Shown in pieces: positions 51,353 through 62,900 of a stretch of DNA of 64,000 bases. Under the pieces are notes generated by a model that was given only the letters and a program-made list of their open reading frames with translations, did no database searches and had not been told where the DNA came from. Position 1 is the stretch's first letter. The number at the start of each line of letters is the position of its first letter. Origin of the DNA: Candidatus Kapaibacteriales bacterium (GTDB lineage: Bacteria > Bacteroidota > Ignavibacteria > Kapaibacteriales > UBA2268); NCBI GenBank assembly GCA_965661945.1, contig CBFIFP010000001.1:515638-579637 (forward strand), in the 5' to 3' direction. Made by a program: the position numbers and the translations under genes.

Positions 51353-52228
51353 TTACTTCCATCGATTATGTTGCCATGCCCATTGATTAGGATTTGTAAT
51401 AATTTGATTTTCTAATACGTTAGATTGTCGAATAGTTAATAGCTCTACAGCATTAGGTTCATCTTTTATATCTTCATATTCTACTTCATAAAGCTTTGCT
51501 TTATATTTATTATTATCTTGTCTTTCGATAATCCCATAAATAACAGGAACATTATATTTAATCGCTAATTTAGCTGGAGCAATATAGGTAAGAGATTTTC
51601 TTCCAAGAAAATCAATATAAATATCTCTATTTTTAACTGCTTTTTGATCAGCAACAATTGCAACCAATTCATTATTTCTAATTTTTTTAATTATATTAGC
51701 AGCTGAATTTCTTGATGATATTAATTTATTACCAAATTTACTTCTATACTGATTCAATACTACATTTAATCTTTTATTCTTTTGTGGTTTAACCACAATA
51801 CTTAATTCTTTTTCATGTTCATTTCTAGTAAATAATCCTGCAGAAAATGCAAGTAATTCCCAATTTCCATAATGACCTGACAAAAATAAAATACCCTTAC
51901 CAGATTTTAATTTTTCTCCAATTAAACTAAAGTTTTCAAATTCTACCAAACTACTAACTTCATCTTCACTAATATTTTTTAAATATAGCAACTCAACTAA
52001 AGTAATTCCTAAGTTCTGATAAGAATTTCGCATTATAATATTAATCTCATATTTTGTTTTATTAGGAAAAGCATTTGATATATTATTATATGTAATTTTT
52101 CTTCTTTTAGAACTCAATAATATTAATACATTTCCGATTAACTTACCAATTCTTACTCTTGTATCAACAGATAGTAAATTTGTTATAAAGCCAATCGATA
52201 TAATTAAAATATAAATTAAAAATTGCAT
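51353..52228 (-). CDS. lipid A biosynthesis lauroyl/myristoyl acyltransferase (LpxL/HtrB family)
   Basis: 291 aa. N-terminal TM. HYGNWELL acyltransferase motif. Confidence 0.7.
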   Translation of the reverse strand: MQFLIYILIISIGFITNLLSVDTRVRIGKLIGNVLILLSSKRRKITYNNISNAFPNKTKYEINIIMRNSYQNLGITLVELLYLKNISEDEVSSLVEFENFSLIGEKLKSGKGILFLSGHYGNWELLAFSAGLFTRNEHEKELSIVVKPQKNKRLNVVLNQYRSKFGNKLISSRNSAANIIKKIRNNELVAIVADQKAVKNRDIYIDFLGRKSLTYIAPAKLAIKYNVPVIYGIIERQDNNKYKAKLYEVEYEDIKDEPNAVELLTIRQSNVLENQIITNPNQWAWQHNRWK

Positions 52229-52231
52229 AAA

Positions 52232-53626
52232 TTATCTAAAATTTGGAGTACTTCTTACATTCATTGAATTAGTGATTGCAGGGTTAAATTCCTGAACCCA
52301 ATTCTCATTTTGATTCTCACCAAATACAGTTGAATGAACCAAAATAAAATTATTATATCCCGATTTATCTACAAAATAAAAATACGAACCACCACCACCT
52401 TCTCCATAATACCATATCTCGCAAGGTATTTGCTCTCCCCTTCTTTCAAATCTATCTACCTGCATCGGAAAACCATACTTAAGCAAAACTCTTCCCCTAT
52501 CTGATCGCCAACCTTCCAATCCCATACTAAAACTAAAATACTCATCAGCATATCTTATAGCATTATCAAATTCATCTTTTGCTTCATTAAAATATGTTGT
52601 TGTATCAGAATCCCTAACTCTCCAAAAATTAAACAAAGCTCTTTGTTTTGCTTTTTCATCAGACAAATCTTTCCATCTTGAATCTTCAGCTTTAGTCATC
52701 AAAAATTTAATTTTATCATATTCTTTAGATAAAGTCTCATCATTCATTGTAATAAACTCTGAACGTTCGAAAAGTTCATTCTCAGAAAAAGTTGCTTTCA
52801 ACTCTGGTTCTTTTTGGTAATTAAGATAAAAAAACTTCTTGGTAGATGTTTCAATTGGGCTTGCCTCCTCCTGCGAATAAATATTTATTTCTAAATAATA
52901 AACACCAGTAGCCAAATCAAGTACAGGAATATTTATAATATCAGATTTTGTATTATTTTCATTCGAAACATACTTTTTTGAAATCTTTTTCACCGATTTA
53001 ACAGCATCTAATATTTTATATTCAATTCTAATTAAAGAATCACCAATTTCATTACATTTATTTAATTCAATATAGGATAATATCTTAGGACTATCACTAA
53101 AATACTGTCTTGATGCATTTGGAATAATATAATACTCATTTATTAAAAACTCTTTACTCCAACCAATATTTGTACTATCAACATGTTCTATCCTTGTAGC
53201 CAAATATATATCACTCAAGTGCCTATTTCTAGTTGGTATCACATCCTTTTTTATAGTCTTTAAAGTCTTTTTATTTACAGGGTTAAAATATTCAAGATTT
53301 AACTTAAACTGTTCATTTGGAATTCTAATTTCATATCTTCCAAAAATGATAAAATCCGTGCCCAAATCATCAATATTTGATGATAATTCCCAATTAAATT
53401 TGTAACTATTCAATATTGATTTTAATTCTGCCTCAAAAAATATTTTTGACATATAAAAACCACTATCTATCTCTGAATATTCAAGATTTTTAGAATTAAA
53501 CTCATAATAAATATTTAAAGAAATCGAATCATTATTCAAATAAAATATACTATAGTCTATTTCACCTTTTAAATCTCTTGATTCTAAATTACTTATAAAA
53601 ATAATTAATAATATAATATATTTCAT
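52232..53626 (-). CDS. GWxTD domain-containing secreted protein
   Basis: 464 aa. Signal peptide. C-terminal GWRSDRGRVLLKYGFP matches GWxTD. Confidence 0.55.
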   Translation of the reverse strand: MKYIILLIIFISNLESRDLKGEIDYSIFYLNNDSISLNIYYEFNSKNLEYSEIDSGFYMSKIFFEAELKSILNSYKFNWELSSNIDDLGTDFIIFGRYEIRIPNEQFKLNLEYFNPVNKKTLKTIKKDVIPTRNRHLSDIYLATRIEHVDSTNIGWSKEFLINEYYIIPNASRQYFSDSPKILSYIELNKCNEIGDSLIRIEYKILDAVKSVKKISKKYVSNENNTKSDIINIPVLDLATGVYYLEINIYSQEEASPIETSTKKFFYLNYQKEPELKATFSENELFERSEFITMNDETLSKEYDKIKFLMTKAEDSRWKDLSDEKAKQRALFNFWRVRDSDTTTYFNEAKDEFDNAIRYADEYFSFSMGLEGWRSDRGRVLLKYGFPMQVDRFERRGEQIPCEIWYYGEGGGGSYFYFVDKSGYNNFILVHSTVFGENQNENWVQEFNPAITNSMNVRSTPNFR

Positions 53627-53660
53627 AAAACTAAAAACGAATAAAAAGTATTTTTAATGT

Positions 53661-53700
53661 AAAAAAAAATGGACTGCACTTTTAATGCAGCCCATTTATA
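53661..53700 (-). terminator. rho-independent terminator downstream of the FadL/PorV-like gene
   Basis: TGGACTGCA / TGCAGCCCA stem (one mismatch) with a 7-nt loop. T9 follows on the minus strand. Confidence 0.55.
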
Positions 53701-53717
53701 ATATATTTATCATAATT

Positions 53718-54782
53718 CTAAAAGTCTAACACAAAGTTAACTCTGTGTATTACACCAAGTGATACAGTGTTTTGAGCAGCATATTCAAATCTACCATCAA
53801 ACTCACTGCTTACATAATTTACACCAATTCCTCCTGAAAGTCCCATTTGGTAATTATTAAACATATATCCACCTCTAAAAGAAATGATATTATGCCAAGT
53901 ATAATCAAAACCAATTGCTCCTTGTTCTGGAGAATCAGAAATCGTAATTATATCACCAGCCAATATTAAATTATGTTCATCATTATCAATCACCGCAGAA
54001 GATATTCCACCTCTAAAAATTACTGGCAATGAAAATGGGTAAGCAGGTAGTAAAACTGAAAAATTAGGAGTACCTAAAGGGTTTACTCTGTTTTTAGTAG
54101 TACCATCTAAAGCATGCGACTCTCTTTCAAGAGCAGCACCTTTATAACTTGTTTCAGTACTCAAATTCATAATAGAAAATCCAAGTTTTATCCCCTTTAA
54201 TCCAGTATCATATTGAGTTCCAATATCAAAAGCAACTCCGTTTGCGCTTACTGTCTCAAAAGCATTTTGAACATACTTTGCAGTTACTCCAAAAGTAAAC
54301 TGTTGAGTTAACTTACCAGCAAATGTAATACCCATAGACATATCATTTACCGAATAAAAAGAACCAGTTCCCTCAGGTCTATCAATAGTTGTTACTTGTA
54401 TGTCATTTGCTCCAAAAGTCTGAACAAATGCTCCTAATTTAAAATCTTGCGATATAGGAACAACAGCAGCCGCAAAATTTGAAGTTATTTCTCCAAACCA
54501 AGTTGAATGAGCCACATAAGCTTGAACATTATCCACTTCTGCAATTCCTGATGGATTCCAATACATTGCTGATGCGTCATTAACTACCGAAGTAAACGCA
54601 CCACCCATACTTGAACCTCTACCACCAATCGGTACTTTCAGAAACTGAGCTCCAGATGAACCAACTTTTTCAAAATCACTATCTAAGTTAGTCGAACCAG
54701 TTATTAACGTTCCTCCGCTATTAGTTTGACCTAACAGCTCACCGCCAATAAATAAAATTAATATAATTAATGCTATTTTCAT
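53718..54782 (-). CDS. FadL/PorV-like outer membrane beta-barrel protein (candidate T9SS PorV/LptO homologue)
   Basis: 354 aa. Signal peptide. N-terminal hatch-like motif ..GGAFTSVVNDASAMYWNPSGIAEV (FadL NPA-type). C-terminal ..NFVLDF. Located immediately downstream of a large protein with a CTD-like tail. Confidence 0.5.
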   Translation of the reverse strand: MKIALIILILFIGGELLGQTNSGGTLITGSTNLDSDFEKVGSSGAQFLKVPIGGRGSSMGGAFTSVVNDASAMYWNPSGIAEVDNVQAYVAHSTWFGEITSNFAAAVVPISQDFKLGAFVQTFGANDIQVTTIDRPEGTGSFYSVNDMSMGITFAGKLTQQFTFGVTAKYVQNAFETVSANGVAFDIGTQYDTGLKGIKLGFSIMNLSTETSYKGAALERESHALDGTTKNRVNPLGTPNFSVLLPAYPFSLPVIFRGGISSAVIDNDEHNLILAGDIITISDSPEQGAIGFDYTWHNIISFRGGYMFNNYQMGLSGGIGVNYVSSEFDGRFEYAAQNTVSLGVIHRVNFVLDF

Positions 54783-54800
54783 TTTTTCATACTCCTTTGA

Positions 54801-57800
54801 TTAATCCACAATTCTGAAATTACCAACTACTATTGAGAAAGTCTTAGTTACAGATTCACCATTTGGAGTAGTAATAACTGCTACCAGAACCTGACTTTGA
54901 GTTCTAAATCCATTTTTAGACATCAAATCCCAAACTTCAACTGCTCTTCTTTCACCATCTTTTGCGTTTTTATGTTCTATTGTCTGTACCAAATCTCCAC
55001 CCATTGTGTAAATACTAATTGTACATTCCTTTGGTAATCTAGTAAAGAACAACTGAGCATCAAACACACTTCTTTGTGATTGATGAGTAACATAATAAGG
55101 ATTAGGCACAACACCAATTCCTTCCAAATCATCTTCTGTATATTTATAATTCTCACCTTCTGTTCTTACAACAGCTCTAACTTTTGCTCCACTTTCTGGC
55201 AATCCAACTGCAGAACCCCAATTTAACATTCTAAGTTGATCACCAACTTGGAAATCTATTGCTTCTGCTAATGGTGGATAGTCAGCTACTGGTCTGTTAT
55301 TGTTTCCAAATTGTCTCTGATCTGCAGAAGTATTTGGTACCAATCTTCCAGCGTTAGCAAAATCTAACACATACTGAGCGCCAGCAATATTTACAACGTG
55401 AGTAAAGTCTATACTCAATGGCTGTCCATCAACTTGAGCTGTTGCAGAAAGATAATACTTACCTTGTAAACCGGAATATGGATAATAATTTTGAACATTA
55501 TCTTCATCAAACTCAAATGTAGTTGGGAAAGCATAAAGTCTATTAATCTGAGGAAGTAATGAAGGCATATTTCCTCTTTCTCTTAACCCAATCCAACCAA
55601 CATTATAAATCGTAAATTTACCAATAAATTCTTTAGGATCTCTTCCGACAGCAGTTAAGTTTTTAGGATGTGGATACCAAGCTGGTGTCATTAAATAATC
55701 AGTAGTAATTTGACCTGAATTATTCACCTGATAACGTGGACCACTTACTGGCAACTCAACATAATCAATCTCCTTCGAAGTTGGAATCAATACCGAATCA
55801 TTTATTGTTTCGTCATATCTATAAATCTCTAAATTATTAGTTACCTTAACATTCAAATATCTCAATTCAAAAGTAACTTCTTTTTGATTAGAACCAGGAA
55901 GACCATCATACTTAAATGTTCTTGTCTCAGTTCCACCAGGAGTAAACTCAAGTACATAATCACCTGCTCCATTGTTAAAACTCGCATTTATCGGCTCATA
56001 TCTTGGTATTATAACCTGCTGTTCATTACTTACTGAAGGTGTTCTTCCTTGTTCACGGAAACCAACAGTCTGAGTTATATGAACTCTATCAGGATGGAAA
56101 GTCCTATTTTGTTCAATACGCGAAACCACAGTACTTCTATTTTGAGCATCTCCAAGCTTTTCAATTAAGTGAGACCTAAAAATACCACCAAACTGTCTTA
56201 CTGTATAATCATATTCAAAACCTAATATACCGTATGCTTCTTGAGTGAAACCATTTAAATAGCACCAATTTGGAACTTCCATTCTTCCCGTAGTAAAGCT
56301 ACCACGTCTTTGAACGTATTCCAATGAGTTAGTTTGATTCATTGTAATCACATCATAAATATCTTCACCATTTACAGTTTGTCTTGATGTTGAATCTACC
56401 AATATTGAATCCGGTGTTGCTAAAACATAAGAACCAGCATTTTCAGTTAACTGTCCTATCAGACCAAAAGAACAAGTATTTGGTTCAAACTGAGTAACCT
56501 GCTGATAAAGTAACTTATTATTATCACTAACATTCACCAACTTAATATTTCTTGCAAGTAAAGAGTAACGAATCGTATCAGTCTCTCTACCTCCAACTGG
56601 AATATAACTACTTCTAAACCACAACGGCTCCCAAGTAAGTTCCAAAGTATCTCCAGCAAATAACTGCTTAACTCTATCATTATTTAAAGCAAAAAATCTT
56701 ACATTACTAACACCACCTAATAAATCATCAGTCTGCTCAATAATCTCAATTCTTGGAGCAGGTCCTACAGGTGTTGCTTCAGGATATGCCTTAGTAATAT
56801 TTGTAATCGACTGGAATGCATTCGAAAACGGAGTGGTATTAGATTGCATCTGAACACTCTTACCATAATCACCTTCATCATAAGGAACCAATTTATAATA
56901 ATAATTAATATTATTTATAAGTTTTTCCGAATTAGTTGGGTCTTCATTTGAAGTAATCCTTCCATCTTGGTCATCATCACCAATATCAATAAATGACCTA
57001 CCATTAGTAATCAAATCCATGTGATCAGTAATCACAGTTTTTCTGACATATTCTGATTGTTGGAAAGGAACATCTACAAGTTCTATACCACCAGTTTCAG
57101 TAGTAACAGTATCATTTACTGTTGGCCATTTGTATGTTACAAAACCTTTCTGAATCCATGAATATAATGAATCTAAAGTTTCCTGTACATTTTCAGGGTC
57201 AGTCATAATTTCAGCTTCATTTCTTTGAATAGATATATCAATAGATGCCTCGTTTGTTCCAAATTGTTCTCTTAAAGTAGAATAATGATAAACTGTATCT
57301 ACTTTAGATATTTCAACTAAATATGAATTTCTTCTTTGAATGAACTCACCAGGATTATCTGGATCAGGTATCCACTCATATTCCCTAACTGTTACAGTGA
57401 CATCCTCACCAGTTGCAGGGTCAGTGTAAGTAGAATCCTTAGTTGTATAAACAAGAGAATCTCTTGATTCTTTGGCTCTTACAATAATTTTATCGTTAAT
57501 TACCTGAGCAGCGCCTGGAGTTGTTCTTAAAAATTCAATATAACTGAGTAGTGCTTGATTAATTCTAACATTTCTTGTTTTATAATGCATTGGGTTATAA
57601 GGTATCAAAGATCTAGATAACTCAATCTGTCCAACAACAATATCTTCTAATAGTCTATTATTATCACCATTTTCAAAATAATTATAGAACAAAGTCGGTT
57701 GATTAGGTCTATTAGTATTAAATGCACTTTGACCACCAGCATAACTTAAAAAATATTTTTCCCATGGTTTAGGGTTTGGAATAACACCTCTTGAAGACAT

Positions 57801-59882
57801 TACAAACCCAACTTGAGCAGTATCAATATTTGCAATAATTGGAATTATTTTACCTCTTAGTCTATTATCACCAACAGAAGAAGTCTGAGTTAAATTAAAA
57901 GCAGTTACTTCATCATATACCCAAGTACCTCTTGGTACTCTCATTACATGCATAGAAAACAAGTCGTATGGCTCAGATTGAGGTTCCGCCTGACCTCTAT
58001 TAACTACAGGACCAACTATTCTCAAAGAATCAATAAAAGGATATAACATTTCGTCACCTTCACCAGAAGTTTGAATAGATGATTTAGCAAATGCCAATGG
58101 CATACTAAAGTCAGCAACTCTTTTCCAACCAAAAGGACCTCTACCACTTGGGTATTCTTGACTTGGAGCTTCTTCATTTATAGCAAAAGTATCTAGTTCT
58201 GGTTTTCTTGCTCTATACAAACTATATCCTAAGAAATCCAAACCATCCGCTTCTTCATCAATAGATAACTCTGCTGAATTATCCCATCTTACCATTATAC
58301 CATTATTTAACGGAGTCCATTCAGTGAATGCAGGTCTTTCAGGTGGAATAGGAGCTCTAAAATTATTATCATATACTTCTTGAGCAAATCTATCTATTTT
58401 GTCAAGTTCGGCAAGGTCATCACAATCATCAATACCTTGTGCTTCTCCCCCTTTAGAAGTTCTTGCTAAAATAATACCAACAACTACTCTAGCAGTATCT
58501 CTTGGTAACATATTATAAGGACCAGTAGCCATCATGAATCTTTTATCACCAGGACCTGTATCACCTTGTTGATTTCTACTGGACATAAAGTCATATCTTT
58601 GCTCATCAGTTATTTTATCATCTTCAATTGACCAGTTTTCGAAAGTAACAAGACCAAGTTGTTCTTCAACAGGATAAACTCTTCTTGTTTTTCTTAAGTA
58701 CTGAGTATCATCAAAAGTATCTTCGTTAGGATAAAGAGTATCACCATCTCTATTAAAATAAAATGGCTCCGGCATATCTGGTCTAGGTCTAACTAAATAT
58801 CTTTCACCATTTTCATCTAAAGCATAATAAAAATTAATAGAAGGAGACTCAAGATAATCAAAACCAAGATATCCAAAACCAAAACCTCTCTCACCTTGGT
58901 CATCATTAGTCCATTGAACAGCCATATTTAAAGTAGTATCACAAGTGTACCAAGATACTCTATCATTTCTTGCACCTGCCGCCACAAAAGGTGAACGTGC
59001 AATATCTACATCCATAATAGGTGCGTGCCAGCATTGTTCTAAAATATCGGGTGACATATTAATAAAGTCATACTTTAAAAACACGAAATCTTTATATTGA
59101 CCAAATCCCCATGAATAAATCATGTGTTCTATCTGAACATATAAAGGATAACCTTCTTGTTTTGCAGTACCATAACCTTTAGAGTTATAATTTAAGTCTG
59201 TCTCTTTAAAACTAGCAAAAATATCCTCACCAGATATAAAAGCAGGACCTTTAGGATAAGTCTCAATATTTCTTCTATTCTCATCTTCTTCATAAAGACC
59301 AAAATATCTTGAAAACTTAACAGTATCCTCTTCAACCGAATCCCAGATAGGCCAATTATATGGCTGAGTATCATCTAAAGGAAGACCGGTAGATCTATCA
59401 TAATCAGTTGACATATAAACACGATACTTAAAAATATCATTAAAGTCCGCCTCAAAAGTAGGTCTATCATTCTTATCTCTAATCCTTCCCGGAACAAACC
59501 AAGACTGTCCTGTTCTTGGGTCATAACTTACAGCAACATATTTCTTATAAATAGGGTTGCCATCTTCATCAAGTCCAGCACCTGGTCTTGGTTTCAAAGC
59601 CGCAAACCACGCTCCACCAGCAAAAACATACTGGTTACGTGAATTTCTGGGCCAATAACCACCACCAACTCTATTTGCAATATTATAACCAAAAATACCA
59701 TAGTTTGAAGAGTAAAACTCAAAATTCGAAACAGTATTTTTTTGGTTATCAAACAAACCAGTAGGAGTCCTCTGAAGTTCTTCCCCTTGCTTGTCCTTAA
59801 ATTCTGGATGAACATCGGCATAACTCGATATAGCACCTAAAATTAAAATCGAAACCCCTAATATAATTAGTTTTTTAAACAT
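54801..59882 (-). CDS. giant secreted protein with T9SS-CTD-like C-terminus (possible PorU-like sortase or cargo)
   Basis: 1693 aa. Signal peptide. W/Y/N/D/G/P-rich. C-terminus ..CTISIYTMGGDLVQTIEHKNA..VEVWDLMSKNG..VLVAVITTPNGESVTKTFSIVVG resembles the por-secretion tail. 18-nt gaps to both neighbours. Confidence 0.5.
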   Translation of the reverse strand: MFKKLIILGVSILILGAISSYADVHPEFKDKQGEELQRTPTGLFDNQKNTVSNFEFYSSNYGIFGYNIANRVGGGYWPRNSRNQYVFAGGAWFAALKPRPGAGLDEDGNPIYKKYVAVSYDPRTGQSWFVPGRIRDKNDRPTFEADFNDIFKYRVYMSTDYDRSTGLPLDDTQPYNWPIWDSVEEDTVKFSRYFGLYEEDENRRNIETYPKGPAFISGEDIFASFKETDLNYNSKGYGTAKQEGYPLYVQIEHMIYSWGFGQYKDFVFLKYDFINMSPDILEQCWHAPIMDVDIARSPFVAAGARNDRVSWYTCDTTLNMAVQWTNDDQGERGFGFGYLGFDYLESPSINFYYALDENGERYLVRPRPDMPEPFYFNRDGDTLYPNEDTFDDTQYLRKTRRVYPVEEQLGLVTFENWSIEDDKITDEQRYDFMSSRNQQGDTGPGDKRFMMATGPYNMLPRDTARVVVGIILARTSKGGEAQGIDDCDDLAELDKIDRFAQEVYDNNFRAPIPPERPAFTEWTPLNNGIMVRWDNSAELSIDEEADGLDFLGYSLYRARKPELDTFAINEEAPSQEYPSGRGPFGWKRVADFSMPLAFAKSSIQTSGEGDEMLYPFIDSLRIVGPVVNRGQAEPQSEPYDLFSMHVMRVPRGTWVYDEVTAFNLTQTSSVGDNRLRGKIIPIIANIDTAQVGFVMSSRGVIPNPKPWEKYFLSYAGGQSAFNTNRPNQPTLFYNYFENGDNNRLLEDIVVGQIELSRSLIPYNPMHYKTRNVRINQALLSYIEFLRTTPGAAQVINDKIIVRAKESRDSLVYTTKDSTYTDPATGEDVTVTVREYEWIPDPDNPGEFIQRRNSYLVEISKVDTVYHYSTLREQFGTNEASIDISIQRNEAEIMTDPENVQETLDSLYSWIQKGFVTYKWPTVNDTVTTETGGIELVDVPFQQSEYVRKTVITDHMDLITNGRSFIDIGDDDQDGRITSNEDPTNSEKLINNINYYYKLVPYDEGDYGKSVQMQSNTTPFSNAFQSITNITKAYPEATPVGPAPRIEIIEQTDDLLGGVSNVRFFALNNDRVKQLFAGDTLELTWEPLWFRSSYIPVGGRETDTIRYSLLARNIKLVNVSDNNKLLYQQVTQFEPNTCSFGLIGQLTENAGSYVLATPDSILVDSTSRQTVNGEDIYDVITMNQTNSLEYVQRRGSFTTGRMEVPNWCYLNGFTQEAYGILGFEYDYTVRQFGGIFRSHLIEKLGDAQNRSTVVSRIEQNRTFHPDRVHITQTVGFREQGRTPSVSNEQQVIIPRYEPINASFNNGAGDYVLEFTPGGTETRTFKYDGLPGSNQKEVTFELRYLNVKVTNNLEIYRYDETINDSVLIPTSKEIDYVELPVSGPRYQVNNSGQITTDYLMTPAWYPHPKNLTAVGRDPKEFIGKFTIYNVGWIGLRERGNMPSLLPQINRLYAFPTTFEFDEDNVQNYYPYSGLQGKYYLSATAQVDGQPLSIDFTHVVNIAGAQYVLDFANAGRLVPNTSADQRQFGNNNRPVADYPPLAEAIDFQVGDQLRMLNWGSAVGLPESGAKVRAVVRTEGENYKYTEDDLEGIGVVPNPYYVTHQSQRSVFDAQLFFTRLPKECTISIYTMGGDLVQTIEHKNAKDGERRAVEVWDLMSKNGFRTQSQVLVAVITTPNGESVTKTFSIVVGNFRIVD

Positions 59883-59900
59883 ACTTTAACCTCTATTATT

Positions 59901-62900
59901 TTAATTGCTTAGTAATGATTGGAAATTAACTTTTATACCAAAGAAAACTGTTATTGGCAATTGATAATTACCTTTAAATCTTAATTGGTCTTCATAATAT
60001 TTTAATGTAGCGTCGAACATTTCCTGTTGTGTAATGATTCCGTTTCTGTCAACATCGCTTCTTGCAAAACCAGACGCATCAGCCTGATAAATTCTATTTC
60101 CAAATGGGTCATACTGATTTATAGTAAAAGATTGAGCATCAGCATAATTACCTTCCTTATAGAAAGGAGTTGCATTAAACTGACCTATTTGAACGTTTGT
60201 TAATCTTAAATTATTATCTGGGTCTTTTGTTGCTGTGTTCCATGCAACAGCTTGTCTATTATTAGTAACATTAAAGATATCTAAATAAAGTTCAACATTT
60301 GTTCCTTTTAAAGATTTTCCAAAAATGTCACCCAAATCTAAAAGTCTTCTAATCTTTAAATCTGCTCTAAATACATTTGGAAATCTATCAGCATTTCTTT
60401 CACCTAAAGGATTACCGTTCATATCAGAAACAGTGAAAGGTACACCAGAACGATAATTAACAGTCAAACCAAAATCAAAATTCTCAAGAATATGGACTCC
60501 AGCAATTGAAGGACCATCATTTTTAAGAAAATATAAATTAAAAATACCGGTTATATCATGAGGTATATCTCTTCCCAAAGGATAAGCAGCCAAAGGATAA
60601 GGGAAAATCTCCAATCCAGGAATAGACCTATCTGGCTGAATACCTAAATTAGTATTAACATTATCAGCAGTACCCATAACTCTTGACAGTGTATAGTTTA
60701 ATCTAAATGAATGATTATTTGAACGTGCTTTTCTTATTTCAAACTCTATCCCACGAGCATTTCCGTACTCAGATACAGTTGTTTGGAAATAAGGAGAAGG
60801 AGTAATTCTTACTGCTGCCACACCTAATTCATTAAAAATGTCTTTATAATATGAATTTACAGAAAAAGCATATTCATCACTAAACTGATAATCATATCCA
60901 ATCTCATAAGAATTTACTCTCTCAGGTTTCATATTTGGATTACCAATTCTCAAACCATCAACTTGAACGTGATTAATATTATAATTTGCAAACATATCAG
61001 TCAATGGAGCAACTTTGTAATAAATACCATAATTCATTTTAATTATCTGTCTATTAGTTATAGGATAACTAATATTTAATCTTGGTGAAAGCATAAACTG
61101 AGGAGGTGAATCTTCAAACAATCCATCTTGCTCCACAACCTCATTATTGTCATTAAGAACATATTGATCTTCAATCTTAATAAAATAATCAACTAAATCA
61201 GCTCTTCTAAACTTAGACATTGGGTTGAAATAATCTAATCTCAAACCAGGTGAAACCAAAATAGATTCAAATTGAATTTGGTCTTGAACAAACACAGCAA
61301 AAGTCCATGGAGTTCTTGATTGTTGAGTAGCTTCTAAAGCTCTTGGATCAGTTTCCCATAAATTTCCACCCCACATATCAGAGTAAATATCTTTACCAAC
61401 AGGGTTTGAAATACTTGGAGAACCATTAGCATGTCTGTGCATTTCATTTACACGAACTTCAAAACCAGTTCTAAATGAATGAAAAAACTCATTAGTTTGA
61501 AAATTCAAATTATAATTACCATCTAACTGAAAATAAGTTCCTCTTTGAAAAGAATATCCACCACCAGTACCATGTCTTATAAAACTATTATTTATACCAT
61601 AAGGATTAGCAGTTCCAAAAGCAGAATTAATACCTTCATAAAATCCAGAATATATATTTCTAATTGGATAAGCATTTCTTTGAAAACCATCTTTAGTTAA
61701 TGTATTTTCAATTGTAACACCTTCATAGTAGTCATGAGCTTGATTTGGTTGGAATATTTGCTCACTTCCAGGATTTAGTCTTTCAATTGATGTTTCATTG
61801 TCAATTGGTTCTAAAAAATCCCAACCATTTATGTAACTTGGATTATCATAATTTAATAATCTACCAGAACTTTGTTGATTCAAATTGTATCTTGCACTAA
61901 TTTCGAAGAAACTTTTTTCACTTATAGTTTGGTTCAATGTAACATAAGTATTAACTGTAGTTAACTCAAAACCACCTAGTTTATAAATATTTTCTGTTAA
62001 ATCAGTAACTCTTGAACTTGTTACTTCTCTAAAATTTTCATCATTTCTTGTTTCAAAAGTCTGAAGATCTGTAGCGTAAAGCCAGTTCCAAGAATTGTTT
62101 TGTAAATTTGTTTTACCCCACTGTCCACCAGCTATAACTTTGGTGTTAGGAGTAATTTGGAATGCAAACTTAGGAGTGATATTTCTTACAAGTGAACCAT
62201 TATTATCAAGTTGTCCTAAATTATTTCCTGCAGGATCTAAAATTCTGTAACTATTTCCTCTATGCTGTTCAAAAAGATTATTAGTTGATAATGAGAATGT
62301 TGAATTTTTTAAAAAAGGAATTGGACCATCAATACCAAACTCAATTTGATTTTGGTTAGCTCCTTGGAACTTAAACCCTTCACCAAAGTTTTCTATTCTT
62401 ATTGCAACATCTTCCCTTACTAATCTTATATTTGACGGAGATGAACCATTAAAATAAGGTGCATCCGTTCTATAATTAACAAATCCTCTTATTCTGTTTG
62501 TTCTACCAGCTCCAACAGTAGTATTAATCACACCACCCAATGCTGAACCAAACTCAGAACTGAAACCTCCAGTTTGAACTTGCATTTCCTCGATAGCTGA
62601 TTGTGATACCATTGGAAAGTAGTCCCTACCAACACCACCAAAACCTCCAGAGAACTGGTCAGTTATATCTACCCCATCTACTCTAACTTGAGTCTGATTA
62701 TCACGACTACCTCTAACTGTATATCCAGTTCCACTATTTCTAACTCCAGCAGAAAGTGCAACCAATTGGTTGACATTATTAGTTGTTACTGTTCTAATAT
62801 CAGTATCAGTAAAAGATGATTGAGAACCAATTTGAGTTTTATTTACCATCTGCTTGTCACCTATGACAACAACTTCTTCGGTCATTTCAGATGAATCTCG

